Shown: positions 16,055 through 23,587 of the stretch, one piece after another
Numbering within the stretch: position 1 is the stretch's first letter
How the letters are laid out: each line of letters opens with the position of its first letter
IMG/VR virus record: IMGVR_UViG_3300005670_000014
Span: 24,786-88,785 of that record
Origin: a virus
Taxonomy: Duplodnaviria > Caudoviricetes
Reading direction: 5' to 3' (one strand)
Length of the DNA stretch: 64,000 bases
Notes under the pieces: model-generated
What the model saw: the letters and a program-made list of their open reading frames with translations, nothing else
Database searches by the model: none
What the model was told of the DNA's origin: nothing
Position numbers and translations under genes: made by a program

Positions 16055-16222
16055 ACACTGTACAGTATGCAGTGTCGCAATCGGTTGACATGCAGCACAA
16101 GTTATACATGCAACCACCTGATACATGATGGGTGCATGTTACGTCAATACAATGCAACAGTCCTGGAATTGTGACTGTAGCATTGTTGGGTTGTTTCATG
16201 TAAAACAAAACTAGGACAGCAT

Positions 16223-16250
16223 TAGTTTTGTTTCATATGAAACAAAACTA
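16223..16250. repeat. 28-bp perfect palindrome with GTTTCATATGAAAC core
   Basis: TAGTTTTGTTTCAT|ATGAAACAAAACTA. Confidence 0.85.
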
Positions 16251-16401
16251 GCGCCCTGCTACAATCCAGTGACAGGGCGCATTGTGTTACTTTTTGACAA
16301 TATCCTTAATTGTCAAGGGTTTAGTTAGCAGCATGTTTGCTGCTGTCAGATATGCTAGGGTCTGTGCCCTAGCAGTGGCTTGTTCAACGTTGAGCATTGC
16401 C

Positions 16402-16572
16402 TTATTCTCTAAACAAGCAAAATAGACAAATATCGCCGATAACAGCAACTATAATCATTAGTTGCAATGCTAGCGCTTCAATACTGTAGCCGCCAGCTAA
16501 GAGCGTAAAACTTAAAACAATAAGCACTAACAAGCTTACAACAAACTCCAAAAAGTCTGGAAACGTTTTCAT
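16402..16572 (-). CDS. small two-helix membrane protein, 56 aa
   Basis: ORF track trimmed to the ATG after GGAGTATT; two hydrophobic stretches. Confidence 0.6.
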   Translation of the reverse strand: MKTFPDFLEFVVSLLVLIVLSFTLLAGGYSIEALALQLMIIVAVIGDICLFCLFRE

Positions 16573-16615
16573 CGTAATACTCCAAGTTAGTGACACATCC
16601 TTGTGTCAGTGTGTG

Positions 16616-16825
16616 TTAGTCAGTGCTACGTTTTGTTACATTGAGTTCAACATCATACCCTCTTGCATACAAGAATTCCTTTAATTCTAGTAAAGTTTTA
16701 CACCAAACTTTAGTGTAACCTTTTGGCGCATCTTTACTTACAGCTTCTGGCAAGTAGTAAAAATGGTCTACTATCCAAGTAGCTAGTTCATTGTTACCAA
16801 TGTTATCAAGGCTAATCTTAGTCAT
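16616..16825 (-). CDS. hypothetical 69-aa protein
   Basis: ORF track; GGGAATTGAC RBS. Confidence 0.65.
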   Translation of the reverse strand: MTKISLDNIGNNELATWIVDHFYYLPEAVSKDAPKGYTKVWCKTLLELKEFLYARGYDVELNVTKRSTD

Positions 16826-16877
16826 GTCAATTCCCTACATTGTGCCAGTGTATTAGATCGGGTACACTGACTAACCC

Positions 16878-16928
16878 GCCTAATCCTGTATCGTTAGGGA
16901 GACAGCCGGATTAGGCTGACTGTCTCCC
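16878..16928 (-). ncRNA. candidate H-type pseudoknot (cis element or ncRNA)
   Basis: Two interleaved perfect 9-bp stems: 16878-16886/16908-16916 and 16897-16905/16920-16928. Confidence 0.45.
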
Positions 16929-16939
16929 ATTTGAGACTG

Positions 16940-17068
16940 TCACTGTGCGAGGACAGCCTCAATTTGCGCTATCCGACTGACGCGCAATTCAGTAAAATCG
17001 GATTTTATTGAAAATGTGGTATAAATAAAACCACAAATCAGGCCAAGTATAAAAAGATTGCGTAACAT
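16940..17068 (-). CDS. 42-aa protein with N-terminal hydrophobic segment (MLRNLFILGLICGFIYTTF...)
   Basis: Translated by hand; GGAGAAAC RBS. Confidence 0.5.
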   Translation of the reverse strand: MLRNLFILGLICGFIYTTFSIKSDFTELRVSRIAQIEAVLAQ

Positions 17069-17094
17069 TGTTGTTTCTCCATGTTTGAGTTTAT

Positions 17095-17120
17095 GCCAGT
17101 GTTTCATATGAAACACTGGC
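17095..17120. repeat. 26-bp perfect palindrome with GTTTCATATGAAAC core
   Basis: GCCAGTGTTTCAT|ATGAAACACTGGC, 9 nt after the stop at 17130. Confidence 0.85.
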
Positions 17121-17129
17121 TGTTATGGG

Positions 17130-17753
17130 TTATACTGCTTTGGGCGCTTTAGCCTTACCTTTACCTTTTTTAATCGTTTCCGACTGGACTGTTTCTGCCT
17201 TAACAGTTTGCGGTTTAGCGGGTTTAGAATACTTTTCCAATATCGCCGCTATTGACAGAGAGGCATTCTCAAAAGCAGCGCGATTATTGTCATGTTTTGC
17301 GCTTTCCAGCGCTAACACTTCTTTACTGCCAACTTGCCGTGCTTTGGGATTGCTTTGTGCGCTAACCATGCTAGCAGCAAGGCGGCCCTCTACACTTCCA
17401 AGACTTGAATCTTGGCGCGGTCTAGCAAACGCCATGCCGGATTTTATCGCTTGCTCGTTAACTCCACGTAGCGCTACGTGGGCGTTTTTAGTCCAATTTT
17501 GCGTTAAAGCGTAGCAAAACTGTGCTAGCACAAAGTCGTGACTACGCCCCTTAATACCGTCACCCGCCAGAGGTACTGTGAAGTATGCCAAGGGGTTAGA
17601 CATAGTAGACTGTACCTTGCCATTGACATGGAGTTTATACTGTTTAGCTAGCAGTCCAGTCCAGTATGACAACGTGTCACTACTGCATGACACTGAATTC
17701 ATAGCGGATTGAAGCTTAGTGATTGCATTATTCAAAGAAGTTTGAGTAGCCAT
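17130..17753 (-). CDS. hypothetical 207-aa protein with basic C-terminal tail
   Basis: ORF track; GGAGAGTTAATC RBS; ends ...IKKGKGKAKAPKAV. Confidence 0.8.
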   Translation of the reverse strand: MATQTSLNNAITKLQSAMNSVSCSSDTLSYWTGLLAKQYKLHVNGKVQSTMSNPLAYFTVPLAGDGIKGRSHDFVLAQFCYALTQNWTKNAHVALRGVNEQAIKSGMAFARPRQDSSLGSVEGRLAASMVSAQSNPKARQVGSKEVLALESAKHDNNRAAFENASLSIAAILEKYSKPAKPQTVKAETVQSETIKKGKGKAKAPKAV

Positions 17754-18080
17754 GATTAACTCTCCAATTTTGCAGCTTTGCGGAATTGCTTGGCTTGCGC
17801 TTGGAATGATGCGAGCATTGTGCCAAGTTCCAAAACTATTTTATAAGTTCCTATTTTCAAACGATTTTTATTTTCATTGCTTTGAATTAGCTTTTGCTTA
17901 ATTGTTGTTTGCAATAAAGCGCTGTAGTGATAACTTGCTGATTTCATAGAAAAATAAATATTTTCAATCCAGTTTTTGAAACTCGAAAACAGGGTGACTA
18001 GCATGGGCATATTGTGACGTTGCGCGTCAACTTTTGACATTCACAAACACTAGGCGAAGCCCTTGGAGACAGCGCTTATT

Positions 18081-18271
18081 CTATAAACCGAACCTAACGC
18101 CAATTTTTCAAAGCTTGTTTCATACGAAACAAGCACATAGGACTTAATCTATAAACCCTAGCAGAAATCTAACACCAATTTTTCAAAACATTGTTTCATA
18201 TGAAACAAAATAAAACCTTGACCATACACAAAACCAAATGACCACTTCAAAGTAGTGTTTCATATGAAACA
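18081..18271. repeat. imperfect tandem units of about 65-80 bp, each ending in a GTTTCATAYGAAAC palindrome
   Basis: Palindromes at 18113-18134 (1 mismatch), 18191-18208 and 18256-18271; CTATAAACC...CTAAC.CCAATTTTTCAAA shared by the first two units. Confidence 0.8.
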
Positions 18272-18513
18272 AACCAAATTATGTACTGCGTATTTTTCTC
18301 TCACATTAGCTAACCATGCCAAATACCTCACCTTCTTCTCTAACCACCCACTACCACCAATTACCATTATATCTAACACATGTCACACAACCTAACAACC
18401 CAATACTCACACACTGACACAGTGATTCCATTCGTAATTTTTCATCTAGTCAAAACAGTTCCATAAAAATTTACAGATTATTTCTAACACCTGAAATTTC
18501 GTTTCAGTAAAAT

Positions 18514-18543
18514 TTGACAGTGATACTGTCCATCATATATAGT
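18514..18543 (+). promoter_or_regulatory. rightward sigma70-type promoter
   Basis: TTGACA-18-TATAGT with a GACAG-N5-CTGTC inverted repeat overlapping the -35. Confidence 0.55.
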
Positions 18544-18576
18544 ATCCATTCATTCATTATATTGGAGTGCTTGATC

Positions 18577-18750
18577 ATGCTAGAACATTACAACATTCAA
18601 ATTGCCGTGTTAGAAAAACTGGTAGATTCACATAAAACAGAACTGACTGTACGACATGTGTTGGATGAATTAGAATATCTGAAACACTGTATACGCACTA
18701 TGGAAGATGAAGTATATCATTGGGAGTTGTATTTCGGACGGTTACCTTAA
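18577..18750 (+). CDS. hypothetical 57-aa protein
   Basis: ORF track trimmed to the ATG after GGAG. Confidence 0.6.
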   Translation: MLEHYNIQIAVLEKLVDSHKTELTVRHVLDELEYLKHCIRTMEDEVYHWELYFGRLP

Positions 18751-18811
18751 TTGTTAATATGCTTCATGGCCTTCTGCCATGAAGCATTCTTTAAGAATAT
18801 AGAGTTTAAGT

Positions 18812-19513
18812 ATGAACGCTATTGGTAAAAAATACGGAAAACTAACTATTATCGCTTATGTAGATTACACTTGGAGTGCTCGGTATTTATGTCAGTGTGA
18901 ATGTGGAAATACAAAAGTAGAAGCGTTGAGTAATTTAAATCGTAGAAAACGAACTCGATTTGATTGTGGTAAATGTCCAAAAACTGATGAAGAATACAAA
19001 CAATGGTTTTTATCGAAAGTGGTTAAAACAGATTCATGTTGGCTGTGGAATCAATCCTTAGATCGAGATGGTTATGGTTCTGTTAACATAGAAAACATTC
19101 GATTAAAAGCTCATCGTGCAGCTTACTTTTTATTTGTAGGTGACTTTGAAGATGATAAATTTGTATGTCATACGTGCGATAATCCACGTTGTGTAAATCC
19201 AGATCATTTGTTTTTGGGAACTCATCAAGACAACGAACGTGATAAAGATTTGAAAGGTCGTCGCCCGATTACTTCAAATGGCAAAGTGACTGCTTTAAAA
19301 GACGCAGATGTAATAACCATTCGAGAGCAGTTTGAATTATTATCAGGTACTAATTTACAACGTTATCATTATCTTGCTGAAAAATTCCAATGTAATGCAC
19401 GAATCATAGAACGTATTGTTAAACGACAATTCTTTAAAAATGTGAAGTCTAAAGAAATTAAACCTTCGAATAAAGTCAATCCATTTTCTTTTTTATCGAG
19501 ACTAAAACAATGA
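18812..19513 (+). CDS. free-standing HNH homing endonuclease
   Basis: N-terminal YGKLT...CQCECG, VCHTCDNPRCVNPDHLFLGTHQDNERD HNH core, C-terminal HTH-like segment. Confidence 0.9.
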   Translation: MNAIGKKYGKLTIIAYVDYTWSARYLCQCECGNTKVEALSNLNRRKRTRFDCGKCPKTDEEYKQWFLSKVVKTDSCWLWNQSLDRDGYGSVNIENIRLKAHRAAYFLFVGDFEDDKFVCHTCDNPRCVNPDHLFLGTHQDNERDKDLKGRRPITSNGKVTALKDADVITIREQFELLSGTNLQRYHYLAEKFQCNARIIERIVKRQFFKNVKSKEIKPSNKVNPFSFLSRLKQ

Positions 19514-20043
19514 ATATTATGAAATCTTATAATTTCTGTTACGCACACCGTGTATGGAATCAAGTACTGAGTACAGGTGTAACGTGTAAGTGCAGATATT
19601 GTCACGGACATTCTGGTAAAATCGATCTGTGTTTGACTGGTAATCTTGTAAACGGAATGATCATTGATTTCAACGAGTTACAGTTCATTAAAACATTTAT
19701 TGATTCAGTGATCGATCATCATATGCTGTGTGATATCTACGATCCATTGGTTCCACATTATTTTAAGTTACTGAACAGCAACGTATTATGTTTCGAGGAT
19801 CGGGGGCTTTATCGAGTGGTGAATCAAAACTTTATGAAAGACTTGGCTGTGGAACTGCAAGAGTTTGGTTCTTCATTAGTGTTTATTGATGGAGTGCCCA
19901 GTGCTGAGAATTTAGCTTTATGGTTGGGTACAATGATTACCGAATTGTTATTACAGAATAAAGTGTGTGAAGAACGAAATGTTCGTTTAGTGTCATTGAA
20001 GTGGTGGGAATCTGAAACAAGCTATGCAGAGTACATTGTATGA
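19510..20043 (+). CDS. queD: 6-carboxy-5,6,7,8-tetrahydropterin synthase
   Basis: FCYAHR, CHGHS, GMIIDFNEL, DH..L, PSAENLA, WESETSYAEY. Confidence 0.88.
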   Translation: MNIMKSYNFCYAHRVWNQVLSTGVTCKCRYCHGHSGKIDLCLTGNLVNGMIIDFNELQFIKTFIDSVIDHHMLCDIYDPLVPHYFKLLNSNVLCFEDRGLYRVVNQNFMKDLAVELQEFGSSLVFIDGVPSAENLALWLGTMITELLLQNKVCEERNVRLVSLKWWESETSYAEYIV

Positions 20044-20738
20044 ATACTCAAAAACCCACTCCGGTGAATTACTCCAATTCGCAGTGTGAAGTAGAAGAAA
20101 TATTCTATACTTTGCAAGGGGAAGGTCCTTTTACTGGACATCCTGCGGTGTTCATTCGATTATCAGGTTGCACTCTTCTTTGTTCGCTCTGCGATACGAA
20201 TTACAGTTCATTTCATTCAATGACGGTAGATGACGTGGTGGAGCAAGCTATAAACATCCAACACAACGCCCAATTAGCCGTTGTAACGGGCGGTGAACCG
20301 TTCCGGCAGTACCCATTGGCTCCATTGATTGATGCACTGCTACAGCGGTTTTTGACGGTACAAATTGAAACTTCCGGGTCATGCTACCAACCCACATTTA
20401 CCGCTTTGAAAAAAGCATATCCTGAACATATCAAAGTGGTGTGCAGCCCCAAAACACCCCGACTCCATCCGCTAATTCTGCAACACATTGATGCTTATAA
20501 ATACGTCGTGCGCTTTGGAGCAGTGGATAAAGATGGATTACCCAATGAAGAACCCCAAAAGTTTCGTACTACTCCCGTCGCCAAACCCCACGATCCCCAT
20601 ATTCCCGTGTATATTTCGCCATGGGATGAAAAAGATTTAGAACTGAATATTCTAAATACGCAACAAGCCGTGGATGTGTGTTTAAAACACGGGTATTTTT
20701 TATCATTGCAAATTCATAAGATCGTGAACTTGCCTTAA
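20040..20738 (+). CDS. queE: 7-carboxy-7-deazaguanine synthase (radical SAM)
   Basis: EIFYTLQGEGPFTGHPAVFIRLSGCTLLCSLCDT (CxxxCxxC), VTGGEP, IETSG, SLQIHK. Confidence 0.92.
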   Translation: MNTQKPTPVNYSNSQCEVEEIFYTLQGEGPFTGHPAVFIRLSGCTLLCSLCDTNYSSFHSMTVDDVVEQAINIQHNAQLAVVTGGEPFRQYPLAPLIDALLQRFLTVQIETSGSCYQPTFTALKKAYPEHIKVVCSPKTPRLHPLILQHIDAYKYVVRFGAVDKDGLPNEEPQKFRTTPVAKPHDPHIPVYISPWDEKDLELNILNTQQAVDVCLKHGYFLSLQIHKIVNLP

Positions 20739-20758
20739 CTTTAAGAGCGTAGATTTTT

Positions 20759-21247
20759 ATGGAACGTAGAAATATTGAACTTCGTCCCAATCGTGCGGTG
20801 ACTCGTAGTATCCAAGCCATTCCTCCCAGTCAGCGAAATTTAAAAATTTCAGCGGATGAATCCCATATTGTGGATGCAATGGAAAAGAAACCCGAAAATC
20901 ATTTCGGGACTTTAGCCCATCACACCAAAACTCTGGATATGGATTTATTGACTAAACGAATCTTGAAAAAAGGATCAAAAGAGTTTGAACCGCCGGTTAA
21001 AGAGTTGATTGGTGAGGTGCCACCTGGTCATGAAAACGGTGTACTTTTAACACATAGCCAAGTCTGTCGAATGTTTGATGTAACAGGTATGACTGTGTAT
21101 GACTGGCGTAAACGTTTAAATCTTCCTGTCATTGTTTTATCCGGGGGTAAGCGACCACCCGTTCGTTATGATGAAGGGGTGGTGTTGGCTTGGGCAGAGT
21201 TACACAGTCGTAAAATAGTAAAAAACGATTATCGAGAGTGGATGTAA
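20759..21247 (+). CDS. excisionase/MerR-like HTH DNA-binding protein
   Basis: LLTHSQVCRMFDVTGMTVYDWRKRLNLP...VRYDEGVVLAW. Confidence 0.75.
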   Translation: MERRNIELRPNRAVTRSIQAIPPSQRNLKISADESHIVDAMEKKPENHFGTLAHHTKTLDMDLLTKRILKKGSKEFEPPVKELIGEVPPGHENGVLLTHSQVCRMFDVTGMTVYDWRKRLNLPVIVLSGGKRPPVRYDEGVVLAWAELHSRKIVKNDYREWM

Positions 21248-21256
21248 CATGGAGAA

Positions 21257-21748
21257 TTGAGTATGAGTGAAGAAACATTAAAACAAATCCGTCAATTACT
21301 ACCTTCGTTAGTGGACAGTGAACTGCAACAAATCATCTTATTAGCGACAAAATTACGTACTCGTGAAAATCAAGAATCGAGTGTCAATGCATGGTACATT
21401 GCACTCAGTACGGCATTGATGTCACGAATGGATTGGCGGACTCCTCCCATCAAAGCTTTACCCGATCATACCAAAACCCAAATTCAGAAAACGGGTGATG
21501 GTTTATTGGTTTGGCTCAATGAAGTGTTTGAACCACCATTAACCAAGATTGAACAACAATGGGCATTGAACTGGTGTGCTCAGTTGTTGGCAGATTCGTT
21601 AATGGATCGAGAGCGTCCATTGTGTTTGAATGGATTACTCAATGCCGCACCTGAAATTCCTTGGGTAATTAATCAAGCGTTTCCGGGTTACATTAAAAAC
21701 GGAGCATTGCGTTGGGTTATTAAGAATTCGATTAACGGTCATGTTTGA
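21257..21748 (+). CDS. hypothetical 163-aa protein
   Basis: ORF track; GGAG RBS; coupled to primase. Confidence 0.75.
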   Translation: MSMSEETLKQIRQLLPSLVDSELQQIILLATKLRTRENQESSVNAWYIALSTALMSRMDWRTPPIKALPDHTKTQIQKTGDGLLVWLNEVFEPPLTKIEQQWALNWCAQLLADSLMDRERPLCLNGLLNAAPEIPWVINQAFPGYIKNGALRWVIKNSINGHV

Positions 21749-22763
21749 CTTTGTGCAGTTTTGCGAAGAACATCGAATTCCGTATATTGTTCGTGGTGTC
21801 AATAAAAAAGTCTCAGACGATTGTAATATCAGTTGCCCATTTTGTAATGCCAGTGCTGACCCCGATCCTTCTATGCATTTGGGAATTGATTCACAAAAAG
21901 GCGTTTATTCATGTTGGCGCAATCCACGACAACACCGAGGACGTACTCTTCATAAATTAATTATGAAGTTGATCCGTTGCTCATATTATACCGCGTGTGA
22001 ACTGTTAGGTCAGCAAACGATCTGGTTAAAAGAAGGATCTTTTGAATTATTAGCGGATGATCCCAACAACTTTTTTAAAGAATCTAATATTGAAAAACAA
22101 GAATTAATGTTATTGGAAGAGTTTCGAGATTTTGGTACACCACTTCAAGCCGAACAGCGATTTATCGGCTATTTGCAACAGCGGGGATTTTCTGCAAAAC
22201 AAGTTACAGCTTTGGTTCGTGAATTCCATTTAAAATGGGCCATTACGGGTCGATATAAGCAACGGATTATCATTCCATTGCACCATCAACAACAGTTGGT
22301 GGGATGGACTTCGCGTAGTATTCACAGTAAAGAGTCTATTCGATATTTAACTTTATCCGATGCTGAAGGGGCTTTAATCAATATTAAGAAAATGATCTTT
22401 AATTGGGATCAACTCATTGAACATCCTACGGACATTGCAGTAGTGTGTGAAGGTCCATTTGACGCTATGACTTTAGATCTACATGGACGAAAATATGGGA
22501 TTCGGGCGACGTGTTTATTTAATCAGATGGCAACAATGGAACAGATTGCTTATATTGCAGCATTGACCGATCTGTATCAATACGTACTGATTTTATTGGA
22601 TGATACTGCAACGGTATATGCACAATCGATTAAAGATCAATTGCCCGGTTATCCTTTGGAAGTGATTCAACTCCCGGATGGAATTCACGATCCGGGTGAA
22701 TTAACGATGGCACAGGTATGGACATTGAGTAAGCAGTGGTTTAAACAACTGGAGATTAAGTAA
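21741..22763 (+). CDS. DnaG-type DNA primase
   Basis: CPFC...H...C zinc finger, RIIIP, TOPRIM VVCEGPFDAM, LLDDT, DPGEL. Confidence 0.88.
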   Translation: MFDFVQFCEEHRIPYIVRGVNKKVSDDCNISCPFCNASADPDPSMHLGIDSQKGVYSCWRNPRQHRGRTLHKLIMKLIRCSYYTACELLGQQTIWLKEGSFELLADDPNNFFKESNIEKQELMLLEEFRDFGTPLQAEQRFIGYLQQRGFSAKQVTALVREFHLKWAITGRYKQRIIIPLHHQQQLVGWTSRSIHSKESIRYLTLSDAEGALINIKKMIFNWDQLIEHPTDIAVVCEGPFDAMTLDLHGRKYGIRATCLFNQMATMEQIAYIAALTDLYQYVLILLDDTATVYAQSIKDQLPGYPLEVIQLPDGIHDPGELTMAQVWTLSKQWFKQLEIK

Positions 22764-23050
22764 TGGCACGGCAATTGGGAAAAACCACGCAACAACTCAG
22801 TGATGCTCCTACTTCAGCAATTTATGTTTGGTGTAACAGTAATTTGGAATATCCCAAGTATCTTGCTAGGAAATTACAACGTACTGATTTGTTTATTGTT
22901 AGTCCTAGTTGGTTGACTGAATATCGTTGGAGGGGTCAAACGTTCAATGATGTTATTGTTGATCATGCGTTGAATTTTACATTGGAAGAGTTAGAAGCTC
23001 TTAGGGAAGTTAGATTTAGATGCGGTCGTAATAAAAAGATTGAAATTTAA
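22763..23050 (+). CDS. 95-aa protein with P-loop-like RQLGKTT
   Basis: ORF track; RQLGKTT and a Walker-B-like VIVDHA. Confidence 0.65.
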   Translation: MARQLGKTTQQLSDAPTSAIYVWCNSNLEYPKYLARKLQRTDLFIVSPSWLTEYRWRGQTFNDVIVDHALNFTLEELEALREVRFRCGRNKKIEI

Positions 23051-23064
23051 TTGGAGATTAAATA

Positions 23065-23586
23065 ATGGCTTATATTATGGTAGATGTTGAAGCTGATGGG
23101 CCATGTCCCGGTTTATACAGTATGATTAGTTTGGGGGCTGTCGTCGTAGAACCTTCATTAAATCGAACATTTTATATGCAGTTTAAACCGATTTCCGATC
23201 AATGGATTCCGCAAGCTTTAGCAGTATCGGGACATTCTCGTATTGAGTGTTTAGAATTTATGGAACCAAAAATTGGAATGGAATGTTTTGATGGTTGGTT
23301 AAAGACTTTAAATACAAAAGTTTATTTTATGAGTGACAATAATGGCTTTGATTGGCAGTTTGTCAATTACTATTTTTGGAAGTTTTTAAATAAAAATCCA
23401 TTTGGATACAGTTCCATTAATTTAGGATCTTTGTACAAAGGACTGGAACGAAACATGTTTAAAAACTTTAAGCATCTTCGTAAAACAAAACATACCCATC
23501 ATCCCGTTGATGATGCAAGAGGAAATGCGGAAGCTTTTTTGACGATTCAAAATCAGTTTCAATTGAAAACTGTAAAGAGTAAGTAA
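23065..23586 (+). CDS. DEDDh 3'-5' exonuclease
   Basis: MVDVEADG, SDNNGFDWQF, HHPVDDA. Confidence 0.88.
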   Translation: MAYIMVDVEADGPCPGLYSMISLGAVVVEPSLNRTFYMQFKPISDQWIPQALAVSGHSRIECLEFMEPKIGMECFDGWLKTLNTKVYFMSDNNGFDWQFVNYYFWKFLNKNPFGYSSINLGSLYKGLERNMFKNFKHLRKTKHTHHPVDDARGNAEAFLTIQNQFQLKTVKSK

Positions 23587-23587
23587 T

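Noticed and set aside
15427-16208. ORFs 15427..15663, 15654..16208 and 15733..15933
   Set aside because: No RBS, atypical composition, and overlap with repeat and palindrome DNA; probably non-coding
16223-16250. Protelomerase (telRL-like) site
   Set aside because: The motif is multicopy and shorter than known tel sites, and no protelomerase gene is in the window
16860-16990. HDV-like or other self-cleaving ribozyme, or a preQ1 riboswitch given queD/queE
   Set aside because: No P3/L3/P1.1 or other catalytic core, and no preQ1 consensus loop or A-rich tail; reported only as a generic pseudoknot
17756-18040. ORF 17756..18040 (94 aa)
   Set aside because: No clear RBS; it covers the likely promoter and leader of the 17753 gene
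18081-18271. Degenerate CRISPR mini-array (about 32-bp units ending GAAAC, gaps of 33-43 bp, GTTTCA...TGAAAC ends)
   Set aside because: The units are only loosely identical, the first gap repeats sequence found upstream (CTATAAACC...CTAAC) so it is a tandem duplication, and there is no cas gene or leader; kept only as a palindrome family
20759-21247. Excisionase as evidence of a temperate lifestyle
   Set aside because: Only a generic HTH; no integrase, repressor or att site in the window
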